DNA of 64,000 nucleotides from Planctomycetota bacterium (GTDB lineage Bacteria > Planctomycetota > Phycisphaerae > SM23-33). Positions 39,545 through 49,600 of the stretch are shown one piece after another (within the stretch, counting starts at the first letter, position 1; each line of letters begins with the position of its first letter). The notes beneath the pieces were generated by a model. It was not told the DNA's origin and ran no database searches. It saw only the letters and a program-made list of their open reading frames with translations. The stretch lies in contig JAJRYB010000019.1 in the NCBI GenBank assembly GCA_024275995.1, positions 2,728-66,727 on the forward strand. The letters are read 5' to 3'. The position numbers and the translations under genes are program-made.

Positions 39545-40975
39545 TCAGGCCTGCTCCTGGCCTATCGTATGGACGACCAGCGTGTTGGTTTTTCCGGGCT
39601 TGTGGATAGGTCTGCCGGCTAGGAGGATGATCTTATCGCCCTCTTTTGCGAGGTTCTGCGTCCGCGCGAAATCGGCAGCTATCGCAAGAACATCCCGCGT
39701 GTGCGTCGGCACGGCCGCCTGACGTGCGATTACGCCATAGTAGAGACACACGCGACGCAGCGCGGAAGGATCGTGCGACAGCGCCAGGATCGGACACGGA
39801 AGCCTGTTCTTGGCGAGCATGAGCGCGGTCGTCCCCGTAAGCGTGTAGACGGCGACGGCGGATATGCCCTCGAGGGCGATGATCTCCCGCACCGCGGCGG
39901 CAACCGCGGCGGTGGTCGGCTCGGGCGCGTAAGTAACCCTCGTAACCGAGGTGGTCTCGTCGTCATACGCCTGCACCTTCTCGGCGATGGCGTTCATCAT
40001 CCTCACCGCCCCGACAGGATATTTCCCCACGGCGGTCTCGCCGGAAAGCATGACGGCGTCCGCGTGGTCCAGCACGGCGTTGGCGACGTCGGATACTTCC
40101 GCGCGAGTCGGCGTGGCGCTGTCCGTCATGGTCTCCAGCATCTGCGTGGCGATAATGCAGGGCTTTCCGTGCTTCTGGCAAAGATGGGCGATTTTCTTCT
40201 GCGCTACGGGAACGGCAGGCAGGTCCATCTCCACGCCCAGATCGCCACGGGCCACCATTATCACGTCGGCGACGGCAATGATCTCTTCGATCCGCGCAAC
40301 GGCCTGGGGTTTTTCGATCTTCGCCACGATGTGCGCGGCGCTGCCGGTGGCGTCAAGCACGTCGCGAAGGGCCTGCACGTCATCGGCCGACCGCACGAAC
40401 GACAGGGCGACGTAATCGAAGTCCCTGTCGGCGATCCACTCGGCGTCCCGGCGGTCCTTTTCCGTCATGGCCGAGAGCGTCAGATGCGTATCGGGCACGT
40501 TTACACCCTTGCCGCTGGATAGCACCCCGCCGAGCACAACCCGGCAGCGAAGTTCGTCCGGCGGGCAGGTTTCGATGACCTCCATGCGAATCTTCCCATC
40601 GTCCAGGAGGATCGTGTCGCCCTTGGCAACTTCGTCCACCAGTTCCGGCAGCGTCGTACAGATGCGGCCGGTAAGCCCCTCGATAGGTTCGCGCTGAATG
40701 ACGAGCTCCTGCCCCTCGGCGAGCAGCGCCGATCCGCCGGCCATCATTCCAACACGAATTTTGGGCCCGCACAGATCGGCCATCACCGCGAGAGGTCTGC
40801 CGATATCCTGCTCGACCTGGCGGATGTTCCGCAGATACGCCTCGCGGGAATCCGCGTCGCCGTGGGAAAAGTTTATCCGGAACACGTCGCATCCCGCCCG
40901 CGCCAATTCGCTGAGCACCTTTGTTTCTCCGCTTGCGGGTCCGACCGTCGCCACGATTTTCGTTCGTATAATCAT
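39545..40975 (-). CDS. pyk: Pyruvate kinase
   Basis: RTKIVATVGPAS, RINFSHG, AKIEKP, MVARGDLGVE, ATQMLE and MLSGETA. ATG at 40975 overlaps the upstream stop. Confidence 0.97.
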   Translation of the reverse strand: MIIRTKIVATVGPASGETKVLSELARAGCDVFRINFSHGDADSREAYLRNIRQVEQDIGRPLAVMADLCGPKIRVGMMAGGSALLAEGQELVIQREPIEGLTGRICTTLPELVDEVAKGDTILLDDGKIRMEVIETCPPDELRCRVVLGGVLSSGKGVNVPDTHLTLSAMTEKDRRDAEWIADRDFDYVALSFVRSADDVQALRDVLDATGSAAHIVAKIEKPQAVARIEEIIAVADVIMVARGDLGVEMDLPAVPVAQKKIAHLCQKHGKPCIIATQMLETMTDSATPTRAEVSDVANAVLDHADAVMLSGETAVGKYPVGAVRMMNAIAEKVQAYDDETTSVTRVTYAPEPTTAAVAAAVREIIALEGISAVAVYTLTGTTALMLAKNRLPCPILALSHDPSALRRVCLYYGVIARQAAVPTHTRDVLAIAADFARTQNLAKEGDKIILLAGRPIHKPGKTNTLVVHTIGQEQA

Positions 40976-41928
40976 GTCGGAATTGTACGCGCCTCGATCA
41001 GCTTCCGCAAAGCAGTAACAACGCACCCCGGCGGGATGTCGCCAAGGGTTCTCCCGGCGATAGTTCGCACGCGCGGTCCGATAGGTGCAAAATGCTCCTC
41101 GCGGGAAGGCCCGAACAGCGTAAGGGTAGGCGTTCCGACGCACCCGGCAAGGTGGGCCGGTCCGCAATCGCCGCCGACGAACGCAGCCGCTCCCGCCAGT
41201 ACGCCCGCCAGAATCGGCAGGGGCGGGCAACTCAGCGTCGCAAACTCGCGCCGGATAGTATCTAGCTTCCCGGCGTCCCACCGGTCCAACTCGACCGGCC
41301 CGAGCGTTATCAGCATTTGGCGAGTTCCGATATTCCCCGCAAGAGACGCGATCAACTCCCGCGGAAGGCATTTTTCTTCGCTCCCTGCGCCGACATGCAA
41401 AACAACGTAGGGCCTGTTCGCATCGACGCCACTGCTCTTTAATGCGTTGTCCGCCTGCTCGCGCCACTCCCGCGGAACCGCTCGTGCCGCCGGTGTTTTC
41501 CCACTAACCTCCATGCCGAGCATGTCGCACCACAGATCCAGCAGGTGCCCGCGAAAATCCTCGCTCGGACGAATCGGCAGGAACGCCGCACTTTCCGCAC
41601 CGCACATGCCCGCCAGGCGAACGGACGCTTCGCCGCTTTCCTCGCAGAAACAACTGATCAGCCTGTCGTGCCCGCCCAGCATGCAGGGCAAGCGGCACTC
41701 TTTCAGCGGCGTGTCGGAGAAGCACTCGTGCATGGGAAGCGTCTCGAAGTCCATCGCCCGCTCGACGACGCCCAATCCCCGCAGAAGGTCGGCCTTTTCC
41801 TTGCCCGCGACCAGCGTAACGTCGCCGCCGGTGCGTTCCAGAAGCCGGCTGAATATTATCACGTCGCCCAGCGCGCCGGGATGCACCGCCAGAATTTTTT
41901 GTCGGAGATTATCGCCCTGCTCGTTCAT
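40972..41928 (-). CDS. Glycosyltransferase family 9 (LPS heptosyltransferase-like)
   Basis: GALGDV, LHVGAG..EK, and FVGGDCGPAHLA..VGTPTLTLFGP. Confidence 0.9.
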   Translation of the reverse strand: MNEQGDNLRQKILAVHPGALGDVIIFSRLLERTGGDVTLVAGKEKADLLRGLGVVERAMDFETLPMHECFSDTPLKECRLPCMLGGHDRLISCFCEESGEASVRLAGMCGAESAAFLPIRPSEDFRGHLLDLWCDMLGMEVSGKTPAARAVPREWREQADNALKSSGVDANRPYVVLHVGAGSEEKCLPRELIASLAGNIGTRQMLITLGPVELDRWDAGKLDTIRREFATLSCPPLPILAGVLAGAAAFVGGDCGPAHLAGCVGTPTLTLFGPSREEHFAPIGPRVRTIAGRTLGDIPPGCVVTALRKLIEARTIPT

Positions 41929-43004
41929 CGTGGCTGGTCGATCCATCCGCCGCCCAAGAGGCGCTGGTCCTGGTAGACAACAACCGCCTGCCCGGGCGTA
42001 ATCGCGAGTTGGGGCTGGTGGAACTTGACGTCGAACGAGCCGCTCCCTGTAACGCTCACTCTCGCCGGACAGCCGCGATGGTTGTAGCGTATCTGCACCG
42101 TCGCCTCGAACGGCTCTTTCGGCGGCGCCCAGTGCCAGTTCGCCCCCGACGCGCTCAGTCGGGACGATAGCGATTGCTCTCGCGTGCCGATAGTTACCGT
42201 CGCCGTTTTCGGATCGATATGCGTAACGTACATCGGCACGCCGGCCGCGACGCGAAGCCCGCGGCGCTGTCCTATGGTGAACCGCGCGTACCCGTCGTGC
42301 TCGCCGAGGATTTCTCCGTCGGCGTTGACGATATTTCCGGGTCGCAGCGCCTCGGGCGCCCGAGCGCGCAGCAGCGAAACGTAATCGTCGTCCGGGACGA
42401 AGCATATCTCCTGGCTGTCGGGTTTATCGTGGACGTTCAGGCCCAGTCGCCTTGCAATCCCGCGAACGGCCAGCTTCTCATCCACCCACCCTATCGGCAG
42501 GAGAATGCGATTCATCGCATCGCGAGCGACGTCGAACAGCGCGTAGGACTGGTCCTTTCGCCCGTCGAGCGCTCTCAGTATCGCCAAGTCGCCCGCGACG
42601 GATCCCATTCGCGCGTGGTGTCCGGTGGCTACGCAATCGATCCCAAGCGTCTCGGCCCGTTCCAGAAGGCGGCCGAATTTAATCCGGGAGTTGCACAGGA
42701 TGCACGGGTTGGGCGTTCGTCCGTGAGTGTACTCTGCCGCGAAGTGCTAGATTATCGGCTCGAAGTCCGCCGCCAGGTCCAGCACGAACAGCTCGATCCC
42801 CAGTTTCTGCGCTACGCGCCGCGCGTCGGCGGCGTCCCGCGGGCTGCAACATCCCTGCGAACGACGATCCGCCCCTCCGGACGAACCGAGGCACATGAAA
42901 ACGCCGGTCACGTCGCAACCGGCCTCCAGCAGCATCGCGGCGGCGACCGACGAATCCACCCCGCCGCTCATCGCCAGAAGAACCTTTTTTCCATTACCTG
43001 CCAT
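41925..43004 (-). pseudogene. mnmA: tRNA 2-thiouridylase MnmA interrupted by one in-frame TAG at 42749-42747
   Basis: AMSGGVDSS...FEPII*HFAAEYTHGRTPNPCILCN..IKFG..ATGH..KDQSY..KPDSQEICF..TIGQRRG..ITPGQ, all in a single frame. Confidence 0.85.
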
Positions 43005-43096
43005 GGGATAATCATTGTATCGTGGGCGCCGCCCGATGCGGAAGCATTGACAAACGCGCGCCGCGGGATTCTATTGTTCGCGAAAGGAAATACGCT

Positions 43097-43603
43097 TTGA
43101 CGGAATGGCTGGTCGATTTCTTCGGAAACCCTTACGTGATCATGGTCCTGCTGACTTTTGCTCCGTTTCTGGAGCTGCGTGCGAGCATACCTTACGGGAT
43201 ATGGAAGTTCGGCCCTGAGCAGTGGCCCATCGTATTCGTCGTCGCGGTCGTCACGAATATCCTGCTGGCGCCGATAATCTACATCCTTCTGGACAAGTTC
43301 CTTCACGTACTCCTGCGGATTCGCGTGGTGGATAAATTCTGGAACGGCGTGATCCTGCGCACGCAGAAGAAAATCCATCCGAAAGTGGAGAGATACGGCG
43401 TATGGGGGCTGGGCGTGTTCATCGGCGTGCCGCTGCCGGGTTCCGGCGTGTACAGCGGAGCGTTCGGCGGGTACGTACTGGGCTTCAGCTTCCGCAAGTT
43501 CATGATCGCCGCGGTCATGGGCGTTCTGATCGCCGCCGCCGTCGTCACGGTGGTTATGCTCACCGGCGCAACGACCTTCGAGTTTTTCATCAAGAAAACC
43601 TGA
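43097..43603 (+). CDS. Putative small multidrug export-family (COG2426-like) membrane protein
   Basis: PFLELRASIPYG and FIGVPLPGSGVYSG. TTG start after an AAGGA SD. Confidence 0.85.
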   Translation: MTEWLVDFFGNPYVIMVLLTFAPFLELRASIPYGIWKFGPEQWPIVFVVAVVTNILLAPIIYILLDKFLHVLLRIRVVDKFWNGVILRTQKKIHPKVERYGVWGLGVFIGVPLPGSGVYSGAFGGYVLGFSFRKFMIAAVMGVLIAAAVVTVVMLTGATTFEFFIKKT

Positions 43604-43613
43604 TCGTTTCATA

Positions 43614-43811
43614 ACCACAGAGCACTCAGAGGCAAAACTATCTTTTACAACAAGAGATATTACAAAGCGGCCCCGCCTGCCTTCGGTTTGCGGCCAGATA
43701 TGAGAGTTCCACAGAAGAACGAACAAAACAGGGTTTCTTTCCAAAAGCTTTCCGCTTGCGCAGTAAATGTTTTAAAATAGGAAACTCAGTGTCCTCTGTG
43801 ATCTCCGTGGT
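43614..43811. repeat. Low-GC element bounded by inverted CACAGAG-type nonamer repeats
   Basis: Left end ACCACAGAGCACTCAGAGG. Reverse complement of right end ACCACGGAGATCACAGAGGACACTGAG. Confidence 0.7.
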
Positions 43812-43869
43812 GAAATATTCGGATTAAAACCTGATCGCGGCGCAGCGGCGCGCCGCCGGGAGATTCGCC

Positions 43870-44418
43870 ATGACGATATCAGCGAAAGATCGCAGCGAGC
43901 TTGTCCGGCTCGCACGCCAGTCCGTCGAGGCGGAAGTCCGCGGCCAGGAACCACCCGAATGCGAAAACCTCTCCGGCGTGTTCGGTGAGATGCGGGGCTG
44001 CTTCGTTACGCTCACGAACCGCGGACAGCTTCGGGGGTGTATTGGAATATTCCAGCCGCAGGAGCCACTGGGCAGGCAGATATGCGAAATGGGCGCCGCG
44101 GCGGCGCGAGACCCGCGATTCACCACGAACCCCATCACGCCGGACGAGCTAAGCGAGCTGGAAGTGGAGGTCTCTGTCCTCTCCCCGCTGGCCGAAACTT
44201 CCGATCCGCAATCGCTGCAAGTCGGAACGCACGGGATCTACATCGTCCGGGGCTACCGGGCGGGTTGCTTCCTGCCGGAGGTGGCGACGGATATGGGCTG
44301 GGACGCCGTAGAGTTTCTCGACCACTGCTGCACATCCAAGGCGGGACTGCCGAGCGGCGCGTGGCGGGAGAAAGACACAAAGGTCTACCTTTTCACGTCC
44401 GAAAAGTTCGGCGAGTAA
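43870..44418 (+). CDS. AmmeMemoRadiSam system protein A (AMMECR1 family)
   Basis: GCFVTL...GQLRGCIG, AA.RDPRF, EVSVLSP and FLPEVA. Confidence 0.93.
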   Translation: MTISAKDRSELVRLARQSVEAEVRGQEPPECENLSGVFGEMRGCFVTLTNRGQLRGCIGIFQPQEPLGRQICEMGAAAARDPRFTTNPITPDELSELEVEVSVLSPLAETSDPQSLQVGTHGIYIVRGYRAGCFLPEVATDMGWDAVEFLDHCCTSKAGLPSGAWREKDTKVYLFTSEKFGE

Positions 44419-44521
44419 CTCGTAGATTCCGGTGTATTGCCCGATGGATAATGGTTTTACACCAAGGGACGGGTAGCGTAGAATCAGAGCAGTAAAAAAG
44501 CTGACCCCAAAGGTCAAAACC

Positions 44522-44842
44522 ATGAATGATGAAATACGAACTATCGTTGGTGATCTGCGGAATCGGCTGGAGCGGCTGTACGCCAAAGACCTTCACAGGG
44601 TAGTGCTTTACGGCTCGCATTGCCGCAGCGGGGCTACCGTCGAATCCGACATAGACGTTCTGGTGGTTCTTTCAGGCGAAGTAAATGCAGCACAGGAAAT
44701 ATCCCGCACCATCGACGACGTTTCGGAGATTTCGCTGCGGCATAATGTTGTGATAAGCTGCATGTTCATCTCGCGGGACGAATATGAGAAAGGCCAGGGC
44801 CCACTTCTGACGAACGTCCAACGAGAGGGTATTGCCATATGA
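44522..44842 (+). CDS. Minimal nucleotidyltransferase (MNT) domain protein
   Basis: LYGS-x9-SDIDVLVV and C-terminal V.REG. Confidence 0.9.
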   Translation: MNDEIRTIVGDLRNRLERLYAKDLHRVVLYGSHCRSGATVESDIDVLVVLSGEVNAAQEISRTIDDVSEISLRHNVVISCMFISRDEYEKGQGPLLTNVQREGIAI

Positions 44843-45213
44843 ACGCCCAGCAGCAACTGCTTCTAAAAGAAGCGGTTGCCAGCCTCGAGGCAGCCCGTTT
44901 GTTGCGCAAAGGAGAATTCTATGGGTTTTCGGCTTCTCGGGCATATTATGCCATGTTTTATGCCACCGAGGCGATTCTGCTCAGCAAGAATTTGACCTTC
45001 TCCAAGCATGCCGGTGTGATTTCCGCATTCGGCAAACACTTCGTCAAGAGCGGCGCTGCCGGTCCGGAATACCATCGCTACTTGATAGAAGGCATGGAAT
45101 TGCGGCATGTAGGGGATTATGGGCATAGTTTCGAGATCACCGCCGAGCAAAGCGACCATCAGATTCGCCATGCCGAGAAATTTATAGAGCTGGTCGAAAA
45201 ATTGCTCGATTGA
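44839..45213 (+). CDS. HEPN domain protein (UPF0332/COG1895-like)
   Basis: SRAYYAMFYA, KHAGVISAFG and R..GDY. ATGA overlap with the MNT gene. Confidence 0.9.
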   Translation: MNAQQQLLLKEAVASLEAARLLRKGEFYGFSASRAYYAMFYATEAILLSKNLTFSKHAGVISAFGKHFVKSGAAGPEYHRYLIEGMELRHVGDYGHSFEITAEQSDHQIRHAEKFIELVEKLLD

Positions 45214-45284
45214 ACACCGATTCGGAAATACAGAACTGGCGAACGCGCTACAAGGCGGGGCAATAGGCTGGCAAAAGCTCGTGA

Positions 45285-45761
45285 CTATTTCTTGCCCATC
45301 TCGCGCTGCCTGCGGAAGAAGTTTGTGAGCATTTGTCCGCACTCGGCTGCCTTTACGCCGGAGATTACATCCAGGCGATGGTTCAACCTCTCGTCCGAGC
45401 ATATCCGGTAGAGCGTATCGACGGCGCCGGCCTTGGGGTCCGCTGCGCCGTATACCAGGCGTTCCATGCGGGCCAGGACAATCGCCCCGGCACACATGCA
45501 GCACGGTTCCAGCGTAACTACGAGCGTGCAATCGCCCAGCCGCCAGTCACCCGTCGCAGCGGCTGCGGCGCGAATCGCGAGCATCTCGGCGTGTGCGGTC
45601 GGATCGGCATCGACGATCCTGCGGTTGTGAGCGGCGGCGATAATCGCCCCGTCGCAAACCACCACCGCGCCTATCGGAACCTCGCCGAGTTTTTCAGCGA
45701 GCCGGGCCTGCTCGATGGCAGCCGACATGTACTCGTCGTATTCGACAGGTGTGGCCGTCAT
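45285..45761 (-). CDS. tadA: tRNA adenosine(34) deaminase
   Basis: GEVPIGAV, DPTAHAE, VTLEPCCMCAGA and DPKAGA. Confidence 0.94.
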   Translation of the reverse strand: MTATPVEYDEYMSAAIEQARLAEKLGEVPIGAVVVCDGAIIAAAHNRRIVDADPTAHAEMLAIRAAAAATGDWRLGDCTLVVTLEPCCMCAGAIVLARMERLVYGAADPKAGAVDTLYRICSDERLNHRLDVISGVKAAECGQMLTNFFRRQREMGKK

Positions 45762-46687
45762 TTTATAAAAAACTCCACTTTTTGGCAGATACGATCGGCG
45801 ACGCTGCCGGCTGAATCGTTGGCGAAAACATCGAACCAGAGTACGTCCGCCATCCGTCTCTGCCAGGTCCGCTGCCTTTTAGCCATTCGCCGCGTGTTGA
45901 TCTTTATCCGTTCGAGCGTTTCAGCCAGCGTCATCTCGCCCTGGAGATGCTCGATCATCTCGGCGTATCCAATCGCAGCGGCGGCCTGCATGGAAAGCCC
46001 GGCCGGCTCGGCCAGGAGAGACTCGACCTCCTCGCGCAGGCCCGATTCGATCATGCGCTTCGCGCGAGCGTTAATCCGATGGTGCAGGTCTTCCCTTTCG
46101 CGGCGCAGGCCTATGAATACACACTCATAGCGCCGCAACGTGTCCCATTGTTTCTGCAACTCACTTATGGGCCTGCCCGTCGACCGGTACACCTCCAGCG
46201 CGCGGATGATACGCTTGGCGTCGTTGGTTCCTATGCGCTCGGCGGAGACAGGATCGAGACGCGCAAGGGCGGCGTGCAGTGCGGCGATCCCCTCCTCTTT
46301 CGCCTGCGCCTTGAGCGACGAGCGGATTTTCGGATCGGCGGCCGGGCCGTCGAAAAGCCCTTCCGTCAGCGCCTTGACGTACAGGTTCGTCCCTCCCACC
46401 GCCAGCGGAACTGATCCAGCCAGGGATATTTCCTCGATCGCCGCATCTGCCTGCCGTACGAAGCGTCCCACGGAAAACCCCTCACCCGGCTCGACGATAT
46501 CGATGCAATGGTGCGGTACTTCCGAGCGCATCTTCGGCGATGGCTTACCCGTGCCGATATCCATGCGGCGATAGACCTTCATCGAATCGACGCTGACGAT
46601 CTGCCCGTCGATACGTTTTGCGATTTCTCGACCTACCGCGCCCTTTCCGCATGCGGTGGGTCCCAGGATGAACCAGACCTTTGTCAC
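45758..46687 (-). CDS. miaA: tRNA dimethylallyltransferase
   Basis: GPTACGK, DSM.VYR.MDIGT.KP, VGGT.LY, RIIRALEV, AIGY and AKRQ.TW. GTG start overlaps the RND stop codon. Confidence 0.95.
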   Translation of the reverse strand: MTKVWFILGPTACGKGAVGREIAKRIDGQIVSVDSMKVYRRMDIGTGKPSPKMRSEVPHHCIDIVEPGEGFSVGRFVRQADAAIEEISLAGSVPLAVGGTNLYVKALTEGLFDGPAADPKIRSSLKAQAKEEGIAALHAALARLDPVSAERIGTNDAKRIIRALEVYRSTGRPISELQKQWDTLRRYECVFIGLRREREDLHHRINARAKRMIESGLREEVESLLAEPAGLSMQAAAAIGYAEMIEHLQGEMTLAETLERIKINTRRMAKRQRTWQRRMADVLWFDVFANDSAGSVADRICQKVEFFIK

Positions 46688-49600
46688 GACAAATCCCCAG
46701 CCCCAGGTCCCTGGTCCCCGCTTTCCGCTTCTCCCACGCGGTGCAGACCGCCCAGGCCCCTGCGTGCGGCCAGTCGATATAGCGACACGTACAGCGACGG
46801 GACCACCACGAGCGTCAGCACCGTTGCGAAGGCAAGGCCGAAGATGACGGCTATCGCCATGGACGACCACCACTGGCTTGACTCGCTTTTGGTAACGAAT
46901 CGCATGATATGGAAGTCGAAGCTGATACCGGTCGCCATCGGGATCAATCCGAGAATCGTCGTGGTCGCCGTCAGCAGCACGGGGCGCAATCGCGTCAGGC
47001 CGGCCTGGACGGCTGCCTCAACGACCCGCATTCCCCGTCGCTGCAATCGGCGGGTGTAGTCCAGCAGGACAATGGCGTTATTGACCACGACGCCGGCGAG
47101 GCTTATCACACCTACACCCGTCATTATGATTCCGAACGGCATATTGAAGATGATCAGCCCGACGAACACACCAATCAGCGACAGCATGACCGTTACCATT
47201 ATGATCAGCGGGACCGAAAGCGTGTTGAACTGCGTCACAAGGATTCCGACGATCGCAAAGAGTGCTATCAGGAACGCCCGCATGAGAAACGCCGCAGCAT
47301 TGTCCTGCTCTTCCTTCTCACCGGCGTAGCGAAGGTCGTAGCCGGACGGGAGAGCCAGCTTCGCCAGGCGCTTCCGCACGTCTTTCAGCACTTCCGTTCC
47401 AAGCCTTCCCTCGGCGTCGGCGGTGACGGTGACGACGCGATGCTGGTCGATGCGATTGATGGTTCCCAGCCCTGGCGAATAACGGAACCTTCCGAGCGAG
47501 CTGAGGGGTACCGCCTTTCCCGTGCGGTTCGGCACGCGCAGGCGAAGCAGGTCGTCAATCCGCCTTCGCTGTGACTCCGCAAGGCGGACCGTGATGTCGT
47601 AATCGTCCGTAAACACGCGGAACGTTCCGACCTTCGCGCCGAACAACGCCGTTTTCAGGAAGTTCCCGACGATGGCGGTGTTCAACCCGAGTTGCTTTGC
47701 CCGCTCCCTGTCCACGTCAAACAGAAGCTCCGGTCGGGCGACCTCCAGGTCGCTTCGCGCATTGACCAGCCCGGGCACATCGGCGATAAGGCGCAGCGCC
47801 TCATCGGACAGGGCCTTGAGACGGGATATCTCACTGCCGATGATTCTGACGGTCACGGCTGCACCGGTCGGCGGGCCCTTCTTCTCCTTCTCGATTTTCA
47901 CCTCGACGACGGGGACGTCCTCGAGGGCGCGTCGAATCCGTTTGACCGTCTCGACTGAGGGGGTGTCCCGCTTGGCGTAGTCCACGAAGAGGACCGTCAG
48001 GTTCCCGACGTGCGGGCCGCTGGCCCCACCGCTCAGCATGGATGCCTTGCCCCCGGACGATCCGACGTTCGTAAGAACGTATTCGATGATCTCCGAACCG
48101 GTCGTGTCCGTCCGAAACGGTTCGATACGCCTGGCGACCTGCTCCGACAGCCTGTTCATGTCTCGCACGTTCATTCCCTGCGGCCCGCGAAGGTTCACGA
48201 TCGCCCGGCGGGGGTCGATTTCGGGAAACAGCTGCACGCCGGAATTATATTTCCCGAAAGCGATGCCGACGGAGGCGAGTACGAGCACCGCCAGTCCTAT
48301 CGTCACCACGCGATGGTTCAGCGCGACGATCAACAGTTGCCGGTATCCCCGAACAAAACGCCCCTCGCCTTCCTTGCGCCGGCGCGAGTTTCCTCCACCA
48401 CCGAAAAGCGAGGCAACGACCGGGCTGATAAACAATGCCACGAACAGCGAACATGAAAGCGTGATGATCACGGTCATCGGGAGGTATTTCATGAACCCGC
48501 CCATGATCCCGGGCCAGAACACCAGCGGGCAGAACGCAGCGATGGTGGTAGCGGTCGATGTTATCACCGGCCAGGCTACTTCCGCGGTGCCTTTCATCGC
48601 GGCATGCAGACGATCACGTCCCATCTCCATGTGCCGGTAGATGTTCTCGACGATCACTATCGCGTTATCCACCAGCATCCCGAGCGAGAGGATCAGGCTG
48701 AACAGGACCACCATGTTCAACGTCAACCCCAGAAGCTGTATGACGGCGAAACTCATGAGCATGCTCAACGGGATCGCCAGCGCAACGATAAGGCTCGTCC
48801 GCAGCCCCATGAACAGCATGAGAACAGCCACCACGAGCAGAAGGCCCGAAAAGACGTTGTTCTCCAGGTCGCTGACCATCATGTTGATGTCCTTGGACCC
48901 GTCGTCGGTGATCTCGATCTTGACGGTCGCGGGCGCTTCGAGCTGGAACCTCCGGACAATCTCCTTGACGTAGGCGGCTATCCGGACGATGTTCGCACCC
49001 ACTCGTTTTTTGACAGCCAGCATCACGCTTTGACGCCCATCCAGGCGGGCGTAGGTCTGGCGGTCCTTGAACGTATCGCGCACCTCGGCGATGTCCGAGA
49101 GGTAGATCGGCTTTCCGTCGCGCTCGGTAAGCTTGAGATTGTTGATCTTCTCAGGTTCCTGGAACTCGCCGGGAATGCGCACGTTGAACTTCATGCCGGG
49201 AGTTTCCAGGCTGCCCGCGGAGATGTTCAGGTTCTCCGTCGGGATCAGTGCAAGAACTTCCTCCACCGTCAGGCCGTACGCCGAAAGGCGGTCCGGGTCT
49301 ATCTCGATGCGTATCTCGCGCTCCAGGGCGCCAAGGACATCCGCCGACAGCACGCCCTTGATCGTCTTTATCCTGTCCTCGAGCTGATCGGCGATCGCCT
49401 TGAGAACTACCGGCGAGACCTCCCCGGAGACGTTGATCATCATGATCGGGAACTCAGCCATGCTTATCTCGCTGATGACCGGTTCCTTGCGAAGCTCGTC
49501 GCTGGGCAGATCCTCCTTGGCGAGATCGACCTTGTCCTTCACGCGCCGTAGCGCGTCGGACAGCTCGACGTCCGGGTAAAACTCGACGATAATCGTCGAG

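Noticed and set aside
39545..41467. Apparent 640-aa pyruvate kinase with a long N-terminal extension, and similar extended starts for miaA, GT9, YebC and nusA
   Set aside because: The extensions overlap upstream genes or leaders. Homology begins at downstream starts that have overlaps or SD sequences.
42747..42749. Genome-wide TAG reassignment
   Set aside because: TAG ends conserved genes at the expected positions (for example infB, trxB, DUF58).
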